Assembly: GCA_964016885.1 (NCBI GenBank)
Contig: OZ024755.1
Location: 34,286,001 to 34,350,000, forward strand
Origin: Eledone cirrhosa
Taxonomy: Eukaryota
Length of the DNA stretch: 64,000 nt
Direction of reading: 5' to 3'
Shown here: positions 52,947-64,000 of the stretch, piece after piece
Layout of the letters: each line of letters opens with the position of its first letter
Numbering within the stretch: the stretch's first letter is position 1
Program-made: the position numbers and the translations under genes
Notes under the pieces: generated by a model
The model's database searches: none
What the model was told of the DNA's origin: nothing
Seen by the model: only the letters and a program-made list of their open reading frames with translations

Positions 52947-53574
52947 GGTTGGTGCGAACAACGGCTAAAAAAAGTCGTTGGGACACGTAAATAAAGAGAA
53001 CGTTAGGGTGAACAAACAAAATGGTTTAAGCAACAGAAAGTGAGAGGAAAGAGACAAGTCCCAGATTTCTATGAATATAAACTCGATAAAATCGTGAACT
53101 AATAGAGAATAAAGACCATCCGACCTGGTTGAAATGTGAGCAAGGAAGGAATTTCGCACAGGTCTAACGGGAGGAAGAAGAAGAAGGGGTCTGGTCTGCG
53201 AATTCGGTAAACATAAGTTTTGTGAAGACGCAGACGAGAGAGAGAGAGAAAAAAAATTCATACCAGCTTGGCCAAGAGTGCGCGAGAAAAGAAATCGGAC
53301 AGGTCAAGCGGGAAGAAAGAGGAGTGGAGGGGAGGTAGTGACAGGGTATGAGTGAGTGAAAGTTGAGGAAGAGGCTAACAGAGAGAGAGACTGCTGGAAA
53401 GGGTAAAGATACAAAGAGAGAAACAGACGGGTGGCAGCAGAGGAAAAAATATGTGTAAATATGATAATAATGGAGCTGCGGGACGGTTGGAGGGTCACTG
53501 ATGAAGGACTCCCCCCCTTTTTTATATGTAACCCATTTGCAACGCCGCAGCTCCATTATTATCATATATATATG

Positions 53575-53625
<51 letters not shown>

Positions 53626-53837
53626 CATATTAGTTTTTTTAACAATGATAACAAAGGCAAGTTATACTACATATCTCATTCATTGTTTTACAATCATTTT
53701 GGAGGGTGATAGTATGATTGAACCCATATATTATGTCTGATAGTATACAGTTCAGTAACAGGTCAATATATCGATATGATCAACCCTCCGAAATGATCAT
53801 AAAACAATGAATGAAATATGTAAAATAACTTGCCTTT

Positions 53838-54110
53838 GTTATTATTCCACACTCAGAGTTGCTGAAGCATGGAACAAACTACCTGCATCAGTTGTTTGCT
53901 GCCGAGACACTGCATCCTTTAAAACCTCCATGCTTCCTGAAATTCGCCAACACTACACCCGCTATCTCCCCTCCACACACACACACACACATGTATATCA
54001 TGACTCATACACTGTTCATTTTCCTGACATTTGTACATTACTCTATGTACTATACATGCACCTTTGATGAGTGCACCTGAGCACTGTACACAATAATTTC
54101 ATTATTATAT
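53838..54110 (+). mobile_element. CR1/L2-type LINE 3' end
   Basis: YSTLRVAEAWNKLPASVV...SFKT is the CR1/L2 C-terminal motif. Confidence 0.8.
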
Positions 54111-54609
54111 CAGACAAAGGACCGTGACGAATGGAGAGATGCTGTGCTTAATAAGACCCGTCCGACCCTTGCAAGCAGGGAAAATCGGATGTAAAATGAT
54201 GATGATGATGATCAGTCTCTGTATCTAAAAGATTGACTCAGCAAAATACAAATCTTTTAAAACGATTTATTAAACTCTTGACCTCACAATCCTGAACTGA
54301 ACACCCTAACCACTAAGCCATACAACTTCAAAACTATTAAAGATTGAGTTGAGTAGTCTTCAAAAGATCTACATTTAAAAGTGAAAATGGTCATCTTGAA
54401 GTTCAATAGAAAACCATAAGCAAATAATTGTAAGTGTATGTATGTGTATATATGTGTATGTATGTGTATATATGTGAGTGTGTGTGTTTTACTCACCCCA
54501 ATATAGAGTGTGGCTGTTAATATATATGTATAAATACATATCAGATGTGAAATATTTTATACAATATAGAATATGATATTTATTGATAAACACACAATGT
54601 ATCTTCAAT

Positions 54610-55325
54610 GTTACATGGTAATATATGTACACACACATACACATACACAGATGTACCTACACGGACACAGATATATATATACACATACACATACATAGAT
54701 ATACACACACGTACACATACACAGATATACACATACACACATTTAGAAAGAAGAAAAGAGAAAGGAAGATACATGCCTGCCTACCTACATACTTACATAC
54801 ATTCACATACATATACACACATATATATATATATACATACACATACATAGATACATAACTACATACATACACATGTACATACATACATACACATATACAT
54901 AGATAGATAGATAGATAGATGCATACATACATGCATATGTACACACATACATACATACCAAACATACATACGTACATACATATGTACATACACATACATA
55001 TATACATACATAGATAGATACATACATACATACATAAACAAACACTATACATTTATATATGCATAAATATACATCTGGATATGGAGACATGCATGTGGGG
55101 GGAGAACTAAGTACATGAATGTATACACATGTATATACATGTATACATGTGTATACATGTATATATATGTATAGATATATACATGTATATAAATGTATAT
55201 ACATGTATATACATGTATATACATGTATATACATATATATACATGTATATATGTATACATGTATATACATGTATATAAATGTATATACATGTATACATGT
55301 ATATAGATGTATATATTTGTGTATA
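54610..55325. repeat. (CATA)/(TACATG) compound microsatellite
   Basis: Seen directly. Confidence 0.9.
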
Positions 55326-55935
55326 TACATGTATATATTTGTGCGAATGGTTATGTATGTATACATATGTATACATGTGTATATACATGTATATATTTGT
55401 GTGAATGGTTATGTATGTATACATATGTATACATGTGTATATACATGTATATATTTGTGTGAATGGTTACGTATGTATACATATGTATACATGTGTATAT
55501 ACATGTATATATTTGTGTGAATGGTTATGTATGTATACATATGTATACATGTGTATATACATGTATATATTTGTGTGAATGGTTATGTATGTATACATAT
55601 GTATACATGTGTATATACATGTATATATTTGTGTGAATGGTTATGTATGTATACATATGTATACATGTGTATATACATGTATATATTTGTGTGAATGGTT
55701 ATGTATGTATACATATGTATACATGTGTATATACATGTATATATTTGTGTGAATGGTTATGTATGTATACATATGTATACATGTGTATATACATGTATAT
55801 ATTTGTGTGAATGGTTATGTATGTATACATATGTATACATGTGTATATACATGTATATATGTGTGAATGGTTATGTATGTATACATATGTATACATGTGT
55901 ATATACATGTATATATTTGTGTGAATGGTTATGTA
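55325..55935. repeat. 58-bp minisatellite (~11 units)
   Basis: gtgaatggttatgtatgtatacatatgtatacatgtgtatatacatgtatatatttgt at 55401, 55459, 55517 and onward. Confidence 0.95.
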
Positions 55936-56164
55936 TTGATATGCAAAAATCAAAATCTTCTTAGTGTGCCATATACATCATTCAGGATATAAAATTCCCT
56001 TAGCAGCTTCCTTTGTAATAATCAGAATACAATTTAATATGCAGTGTATGTGTACAGCCCAGTGAAATATTGCTGCTTTATCTCATTGTTTAGTGAAATT
56101 TCCATGGAAATCTGTTCTAGGATATTTTTATCTTTATTATATGTTCAAGGGAAATTATGAAGCT

Positions 56165-57163
56165 TAAACACATATGTTTACAAACCCATTCATATATACA
56201 CATACACACACATATATATACATATGTAAAGACATGTATATATCATATATGTATACAAATAGATATATACATGTGAAGACATGTATATATGTATACAAAT
56301 ATATATATATACAAGCATATATACATGAAAAGACATGTATATACGTATACAAGCATATATACATGAAAAGACATGTATATACGTATACAAGCATATATAC
56401 ATGTAAAGGCATGTATACACATATACAAAAACATATATACACATGTATAAACATATATACACATGTATAAACATATATACACATGTATAAACATATATAC
56501 ACATATACAGATATATATACACATATACAGACATATATACATATATACACACATATATACACATCTATAGACATATATACACATATAGATATATATACAC
56601 ATATCCAAACATATAAATACATATCTACAGACATATACACACATATACAGACATATATACACATATACAGACATATAAACACATATCCAAACATATATAC
56701 ATATCTACAGACACATATACATATCTACAGACACATATACAGGCATATATACACATATCCAAACATATATACACATCTACAGACTTATATATACATATCT
56801 ACAGACATATATAGACATCTACACATATATATACACATCTACACAAATATACACATCTACACATATATACACATATAACCTTGATGTACAGACATGCATA
56901 CATATTCATTTTATACTTGTACAGATGAATATTTAATTAAACTGCCATGCTCACACAACTGTCCATACCATACATATACACATATATACTTCACTGACAT
57001 ACAAATAATATAAATAATCCTTTATAAATATATACACCCATGTATATAACGATAGTTATACATATATTTCATTTATCATATTGTAGAATTTTTATGCACA
57101 CAGAAACATATTCCTATATGTTTACTAATGCAAATGAGTATACACATAAATACTTATATATGC

Positions 57164-57214
<51 letters not shown>

Positions 57215-57277
57215 CTATATATGTATGTATATATGTATGTATATGTATGTATGTATATATGTATGAATATGTATGTA

Positions 57278-57322
<45 letters not shown>

Positions 57323-57622
57323 ATATATGTATATGTATGTATGTATGCATATATATATATATGCATATATATATATACATATATGCATATATAAACATAT
57401 TCATATATACACTGACATATGCACACACCAATATGTATGTAAATATATGTGTGTGTGAGTGGATAAGTATAAATGCATATATATATATATATATGTATAT
57501 ATGAATATATATATATATATATATATGTATATGTGTATATTTATCTGTATGTTTGCATATATTTATATATATATATGCACACACACACACACACATATAT
57601 ATATATGTATGTTTGCATATAT

Positions 57623-57687
<65 letters not shown>

Positions 57688-57800
57688 TATATATATACAC
57701 ACACACTCACACTGATATATATCCACACATACATACATATTGGTGTGTGCATATGTCAGTGTATATATGAATATGTTTATACATTTGTGCTTAAATATAT
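56165..57800. repeat. Compound TA/CA microsatellite blocks
   Basis: Seen directly; includes inverted arms at 57393-57441 and 57730-57778. Confidence 0.9.
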
Positions 57801-58019
57801 GTGTCTCTCTCATTTATTGAAATAAGTTTGACTCAGTTTGATGCAGTCAATTTTCAAACCCTTCCTTGTTATTCTCCTGTAACCTTTCAAATCCATGAAA
57901 CACATCTCCATCCACAGTTCTCTCCTCTCGTAGTCTCTACCATACCAAATTAAATACTGACCATAGTTGAAAATTATTGTCATTAACCCCTTTCCTTTCT
58001 CCCCTTCAGTAAATAAAAT

Positions 58020-58200
58020 GACAGTTGTTAGCTGTCGGGACACTGCATCCGTCAAAACTTCTATGCTTTCTGAAATTCGCCATCACTACACCTGATCTTC
58101 CCCCTCCATACACACACACACACACACATGCATGCATGTGTCTCTCTGTATATCATGACTCATACACTGTTCATTTTCCTGACATTTAAACATTATTCTA
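58020..58200 (+). mobile_element. CR1/L2-type LINE 3' fragment
   Basis: Matches ~53885-54045. Confidence 0.8.
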
Positions 58201-59316
58201 TGGTTTGGATTGGCAGTATAGGTAGAGGGTCGGAGGCCATGCTTTGCAGCATAGAGTTACGGCCCTTTACGGTCTGAGTTCAAATCTTACCGAGAAGTGC
58301 TGAACAACCTGTATAAATGATACACGATGGAGCATTATATATTAATAAAAGAAGGGTGGGGGATTGGCAGTATCAGTAGAGGGTCGGATGCAATGCTTTG
58401 CAGCATAGAGTTACGGCCCTTTACGGTCTGAGTTCAAATCTTACCGAGAAGTGCTGAACAACCTGTATAAATGATACACGATGGAGCATTATATATTAAT
58501 AAAAGAAGGGTGGGGGGATTGGCAGTATCTGTAGAGGGTCGGATGCAATGCTTTGCAGCATAGAGTTACGGCCCTTTACGGTCTGAGTTCAAATCTTACC
58601 GAGAAGTGCTCAACAACCTGTATAAATGATACACGATGGAGCATTATATATTAATAAAAGAAGGGCGGGGGATTGGCAGTATCTGTAGAGGGTCAGATGC
58701 AATGCTTTGCAGCATAGAGTTACGGCCCTTTACGGTCTGAGTTCAAATCTTACCGAGAAGTGCTCAACAACCTGTATAAATGATACACGATGGAGCATTA
58801 TATATTAATAAAAGAAGGGTGGGGGATTGGCAGTATCAGTAGAGGGTCGGATGCAATGCTTTGCAGCATAGAGTTACGGCCCTTTACGGTCTGAGTTCAA
58901 ATCTTACCGAGAAGTGCTGAACAACCTGTATAAATGATACACGATGGAGCATTATATATTAATAAAAGAAGGGTGGGGGGATTGGCAGTATCTGTAGAGG
59001 GTCAGATGCAATGCTTTGCAGCATAGAGTTACGGCCCTTTACGGTCTGAGTTCAAATCTTACCGAGAAGTGCTGAACAACCTGTATAAATGATACACGAT
59101 GGAGCATTATATATTAATAAAAGAAGGGTGGGGGATTGGCAGTATCAGTAGAGGGTCGGATGCAATGCTTTGCAGCATAGAGTTACGCCCCTTTACGGTC
59201 TGAGTTCGAATCCTGCCAAGGATAACTTTGCTTTTCATCCTTACGGGGTCGATAAAATAAAGTACCAATAACGTACTGGTGTAATTACTGGCCTTGCGCC
59301 AAAAGTAGAAACAATT
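58200..59316 (+). repeat. Tandem array (154-155-bp period) of seven SINE A heads and six spacers, ending in a full SINE
   Basis: Each unit has A box, B box and an essentially identical ~66-bp spacer; tatattaataaaaga flanks the terminal SINE as a TSD. Confidence 0.95.
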
Positions 59317-59372
59317 GTATATTAATAAAAGACTGGAGGCCATATTCAGTTGATTCAGGTTTATTTAAAACT

Positions 59373-59430
59373 CCATTATACACATTTCACTAAGGACTGT
59401 CAGTTAAGACAGCCTGAGCTCTTCAGACGG
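59373..59430 (-). ncRNA. Type I hammerhead motif (left arm)
   Basis: CCGU-CUGAAGA-GCUCAGG CUGUC UUAACU GACAG U CCUUAGU-GAAA UGUGUA UA/AUGG; AAUAAA downstream. Confidence 0.8.
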
Positions 59431-59573
59431 CAAAACCTAAAATAAACTAAATTGAAAGTTGCTAAGAAACCTTTAAAATTTGGGAAAATCTAATAATTTC
59501 CCAGAAAAAAATTATTGGATTTTTCCAAATTTATAGGTTTCTTAGGAACTTTCAATGTTTATTTTAGGTTTTG

Positions 59574-59631
59574 CCATCTGAAGAGCTCAGGCTGTCTTAA
59601 CTGATAGTCCTCAGTGAAATATATATAACGG
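59574..59631 (+). ncRNA. Type I hammerhead motif (right arm)
   Basis: CCAU-CUGAAGA-GCUCAGG CUGUC UUAACU GAUAG U CCUCAGU-GAAA UAUAUA UA/ACGG; AAUAAA downstream. Confidence 0.75.
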
Positions 59632-59680
59632 AGTTTTAAATAAACCTGAATCAACTGAATATGGCCTCCAATCTTTTATT

Positions 59681-59977
59681 AAGGCGATGACACATGACTG
59701 CGACCTCTGGTGTCACGCAGTAATACAGAAGACCCGACTTCCCACGGGTACAAGCTGAAGCATATAGACAATATAAAGTGGTCGTGGAGGTGCCACGGCA
59801 AAAAAGCACCCAGCACTCACTGTAAATGAGGTTGGTGTTAGGAAGGGCATCCAGCTGTAGAAATCAAGCCAGAATCAGTTCCCGTATGAACAAGGCATGG
59901 TCAGCCGACCAGACACTGCCCACAACAGGACAACCCGTCTAACCCATGCGTGGAAGAATGGACGTAAAATGATGATA
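59681..59977 (+). mobile_element. RTE-LINE 3' end
   Basis: Matches 19545-19925 with an internal deletion. Confidence 0.9.
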
Positions 59978-60014
59978 TATATACATATACATATACACAG
60001 GTAACATTTTAACA

Positions 60015-60177
60015 TTTTATAACAAATACCATTATAAAGAATATTTCAGTATAACAAAATTATTTCATTCCCCGGCCACATGCTCGCTGTGAATCGAGGT
60101 GAATCTCATTATAAAGAATTTTTCATTACAACAAAATTTTTTTTATACCCCTTGAATTTCATTATAACGGAATTTCA

Positions 60178-60235
<58 letters not shown>

Positions 60236-60250
60236 TGAAATTCCGTTGAT
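60015..60250 (-). mobile_element. pogo/Tigger-like MITE end with a fold-back across (TA)n
   Basis: ...aacggaatttcactg(ta)n cagtgaaattccgtt; homologous to 61517-61680. Confidence 0.65.
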
Positions 60251-60402
60251 TTAAAACTGCACTATTCACAAGTGTTTTTTAACCTTCATATCATGTCTTC
60301 CTGTTTTATCTGATGAAAACACAGATATTATTGCATGATGATATTTGTTTTTGAAATGCGCATAATAAAATACATGGAACTCTTTTAACCATCTTTTGTT
60401 CT

Positions 60403-60435
<33 letters not shown>

Positions 60436-60497
60436 CAAATATATATTTTTTTCTTTTTTCGTTTAACATCTATTTTCCATGCTAGCATGATACATAC

Positions 60498-60532
<35 letters not shown>

Positions 60533-60829
60533 TATACATACAGTGTGTGTATATATATATATAGTTAAATCTTAGACAGGAACAAAAACAGAGAGGCAGT
60601 ACAAATAGAGGTTTATATATATATATATATAGAGAGAGAGGGGGGGGGGGGCAAAAATGTATACACACTTCAACAGCATTCTAATAAATATGCGTAAATA
60701 TTTTTTCGGACACCCTGTGTATATGTATGTATATATGGGTAGTTCAGAACAGGTATAAAATCTCTGATAATGAGATTTGCCATTCTGAATGATAAAGGCC
60801 CATGGAACCTATAGAATTTTGAAAGGCAT

Positions 60830-61105
60830 AGGAATCTGCATGGAGAATAAATGAGGTGATGTGCAATAGAGACTACTGTACTGGTGCAGACATGTGATGT
60901 GTATGGAGGATGACAGCTGTATAAAGAAGCACTGAGCGATTGAAGTGATTGTGACCTGAGGAAGGAGGAGACAAAGAAACATGAGATGAAGTGGTGAACA
61001 CTGACCTCAAGAAACAGATACCCACAAAGAAAATGAGACAAGGCCATGATAACCATATCAGTGTACTGTGCTGGAGAAGACCATCCACCAGTACAAGCAT
61101 GTGGA
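60830..61105 (+). mobile_element. Highly decayed RTE 3' fragment
   Basis: agactactgtactggtgcagacatgtgatgtgtatggaggatgacagctgt resembles the RL.WYGHVM.M.DD coding stretch. Confidence 0.65.
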
Positions 61106-61320
61106 CACAGCATAACAAATTACAAATGGCGGTGGTAGAGTTTATTCCCAACTCTCTTGTCTCTATCCTCTACAATCATATTCCTGTGCTGACTGAGCAA
61201 TAAAATAGAAAGGACATCTGATATTCTCATTTTTCAATTTATATACACACTCATACACACATACATGTTTTTATAAGTGTATAGGTGTGTGTGTATGTGT
61301 GACTATAAACAACAAGTGTT

Positions 61321-62210
61321 TTAACACTTTAGCATTTAAACTATCCATATATATAGCCAGAATACTCTCACATCTTTCTGTTCAAACCGGCTGTAACTGG
61401 CCACTCATACTGATATTAAGGTATTGTTCTCAAAATAAATAACACCAAAATCTCATAGATTCAATATTATGTGAGATAATTATGTTAGATAAAGCCTTTA
61501 CCACTAAAATAAATATACAGTGAAATCCCGTTATAACGAAATTCACAGGGTATAACAAAAATTCTTTGTAATGAAAAGTTCTTTATAACAAGATCGACCG
61601 AAACAAATCAAGTGTTTGAAACCTCGGGGATTGAACAAATTTCATTATACTGAAAAATTCGTTATAATGGTATTCGTTGTAATTGTTTCTACTTTAGGCA
61701 CAAGGCCAGCAATTACCCAGTACATTACTGGTACTTTATTTTATCGACCCCGTAAGGATGAAAGGCAAAGTTAACCTCGGCAGGATTTGAACTCAGACTG
61801 TAAAGGGACGTAACTATGCTAGAAAGCATGGTGCCTGACGCTCTACCGATTCTGCCAATCTACCACCCTATTATTCGTTATAATACAAATGTTATAGTAG
61901 GGAAGTCGGGTCTTCTGTATTACTGCGTGACACCAGAGGTCGCAGTCATGTGTCATCGCCTTAATAAAAGATTGGAGGCCATATTCGTTATAATACAAAT
62001 GCTAAAGGGTTAAACTGGTCATGTCTGGCCAGAATTCTCTCACCTCTTTCTGTTCAAACCAGTTATAAATGACTGCTCATACTTATGTTAAGGTATTCTT
62101 GTTAAAATAAATATTGTCAAAATCTCATAGATTCGATATTATGTGAGGTAAAGCCTTTACTGTGAAAATATAATAGTATATATAGAGTAATGTAAATGCT
62201 AAAGGATTAA
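61321..62210. mobile_element. Nest: piggyBac MITE, Tigger-like MITE (61517-61680), SINE A (61680-61868), templated insert, second piggyBac MITE
   Basis: Family consensus segments are readable in order. Confidence 0.75.
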
Positions 62211-62574
62211 GGCCAGTTACCCTACTAAAGCAGCGGTTAGCCTTGTGGTCAGTGACAAGATTCAAGCCTCTTCACCTTTCCTCATCATCTGTATTCCTTC
62301 GCAAAATCCCTGGCTTTCATTTCATCCCCTATCATCCCCAACCATGTCTTTATTTGCCTACTTCTTCCTCAACTCACTTTCACATACATTTCTATCACTC
62401 ATTTCCTCCAGTCACAATCACCCTTCCTCAAAATATGACCAACATCATCATCATTATCATCATTTAATGTCTGTTTTCCCTGCTAGCAAAGGTTGGATGG
62501 GCCTGCACAGACCCTGTCAGTAGTTAATCAGAGCTACTGACCTCTCAGCTAAGCTGAGGGCTGCATTACACTTA

Positions 62575-62743
62575 CCGTATTTCCCGGCACTGAAGACACT
62601 TCGTCCTCGAGGACGCTCCCTAATTTTGACAACCAAAAATTAAAAAAAAAAATAGTAAACAACCTTCGGCCTCCAGGACACATGGTAGATTTTTTAGACT
62701 TATTTTAGGAAAACAGTAGCATCTTCGATGCCAGGAAATATGG
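62575..62743. mobile_element. Tc1/pogo-type MITE with TA TSD
   Basis: TA-CCGTATTTCCCGGCA...TGCCAGGAAATATGG-TA. Confidence 0.8.
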
Positions 62744-63096
62744 TACATGCATCCATGCACTCTTCCTCTCGCTCCCTCTACAGAGTGCCATCACTAGGAA
62801 TGTTGTCTTTAGCAGGTTTTCTATGGCTGGATGCCTTTCCTACTGCCAACCACTTTATAGAGTATTCTGGATATCTTTCCTATCATTAACCACCTTACAG
62901 GGTCTACCGAGTGCATTTTTGTAACACCAGCACTAAGGGTCATATCTGAAGGGTTCTCTCAGCCCTTTGGTTTAGTTTCTATAGTTGGAACCTCTTCCTA
63001 ATACCAACTACTTTATAAAGTGTACTGTAATTGTGGAACATTCATAAACTAAAACTGATTTCTTCGATAATAATTCTATTTTTACAGAATAACTCT

Positions 63097-63388
63097 TTAA
63101 CATTTACATTACTCTATATTTACTATTGTATTTTCATGGTAAAGGCTTTATCTCACATAATATCTCACATAACATTTACATTACTCTATATATACTATTG
63201 TATTTTTGTGGTAAAGGCTTTATCTCACATAATATCTCAAATAATATCGAACCCATGAGATTTTGATGTTTATTTTGAGAACAATACCTTATCCTTGATA
63301 TTATGAGTGGCCAGTTATGGCCAGTTTGAACAGAAAGAAGTGACAGAACTCTGGCCAGATATGGCCGGTTTAAATGTTAAAGGGTTAA
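63097..63388. mobile_element. piggyBac-type MITE with a duplicated left part
   Basis: taacatttacattactctata occurs twice; ends TAAATGTTAAAGGGTTAA. Confidence 0.85.
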
Positions 63389-64000
63389 TGATATAATCTG
63401 GTTGTAATTTGTTCTCAGGCCTTATAATAATAAATATCAAAAACAAAGATTAAGTCATGCTTACTTTTGAGTAATATTTATGTCAATGTAATCATAATAG
63501 TAGAGTACATACCCTGTGACATCAGCCACCATATGCTACTGACATACATATATACATGCATGTTTGTACATGCGTATACAAATAATTAATTAATAAAAAA
63601 GATGGAAATGCTTTCTAGCTTTGGTGATGTGATAGAAAAATGTTAGGCCCATCATTAACAGCTGCTTAAAAATGTCAGCTAGGTATGACCTCCCTATGAG
63701 GCATGATAGGATAGAAAAACAAAACAAAATAGACTACAAGCGTTTTAAAAACCATGGATGTATGATAGAAAAAGCACGACAGGCATGACAAGCATGTACA
63801 TTTACAGATATTAATAAATGGGAATAAGTATATTGGTGTAAAGTTCTATTGAGGATATTTCTTGAATGCAGCATCAACAGCAGATATGACTATCTCATCT
63901 ATCATTGTGATAAAAGTGAACATTTATGGTCAACTGTAAGAGAATACTAACCAATAAGCAAGTCCCTATGCTGTCATCATCATCATCATCATTTTACGTT

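Larger units (their letters stand above)
59322..59682. mobile_element. ~360-bp fold-back Penelope-like element with a hammerhead in each arm
   Basis: Arms ~59322-59498 and ~59509-59682, visibly diverged. Confidence 0.8.

Noticed and set aside
58200-59316. CRISPR-like repeat-spacer pattern (also 10578-11640)
   Set aside because: Spacers are identical or low-complexity, repeats are SINE parts, the context is eukaryotic and there are no cas genes.

Overview
This is a very AT-rich, gene-poor eukaryotic (metazoan) window built almost entirely from microsatellites, minisatellites and transposon remnants. The repeat content is most consistent with a cephalopod (octopus-like) genome, which is an inference from repeat style only. 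I found no supportable host protein-coding gene; nearly all ORFs in the track are artefacts of simple repeats or decayed LINE reading frames. Recognisable mobile elements are: many decayed RTE-clade LINEs (one family carries a C4HC3/PHD-like finger inside the RT), Vingi, CR1/L2 and CRE-like LINE 3' fragments, two tRNA-derived SINE families, a ~220-bp TTAA/piggyBac-type MITE family, a non-autonomous Helitron nested in one MITE, and Tc1/pogo-type MITEs. The most interesting signal is a set of at least eight minimal type-I hammerhead ribozyme motifs from several unrelated sequence families. Most are followed by AATAAA, abut (TA)n tracts and often sit in long fold-back (inverted) structures. This points to small non-coding Penelope-like/retrozyme-like elements with no partner ORF in the window. 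The window also shows many local inverted duplications, a templated insertion, a SINE-head tandem array and minisatellites derived from LINE 3' UTRs.
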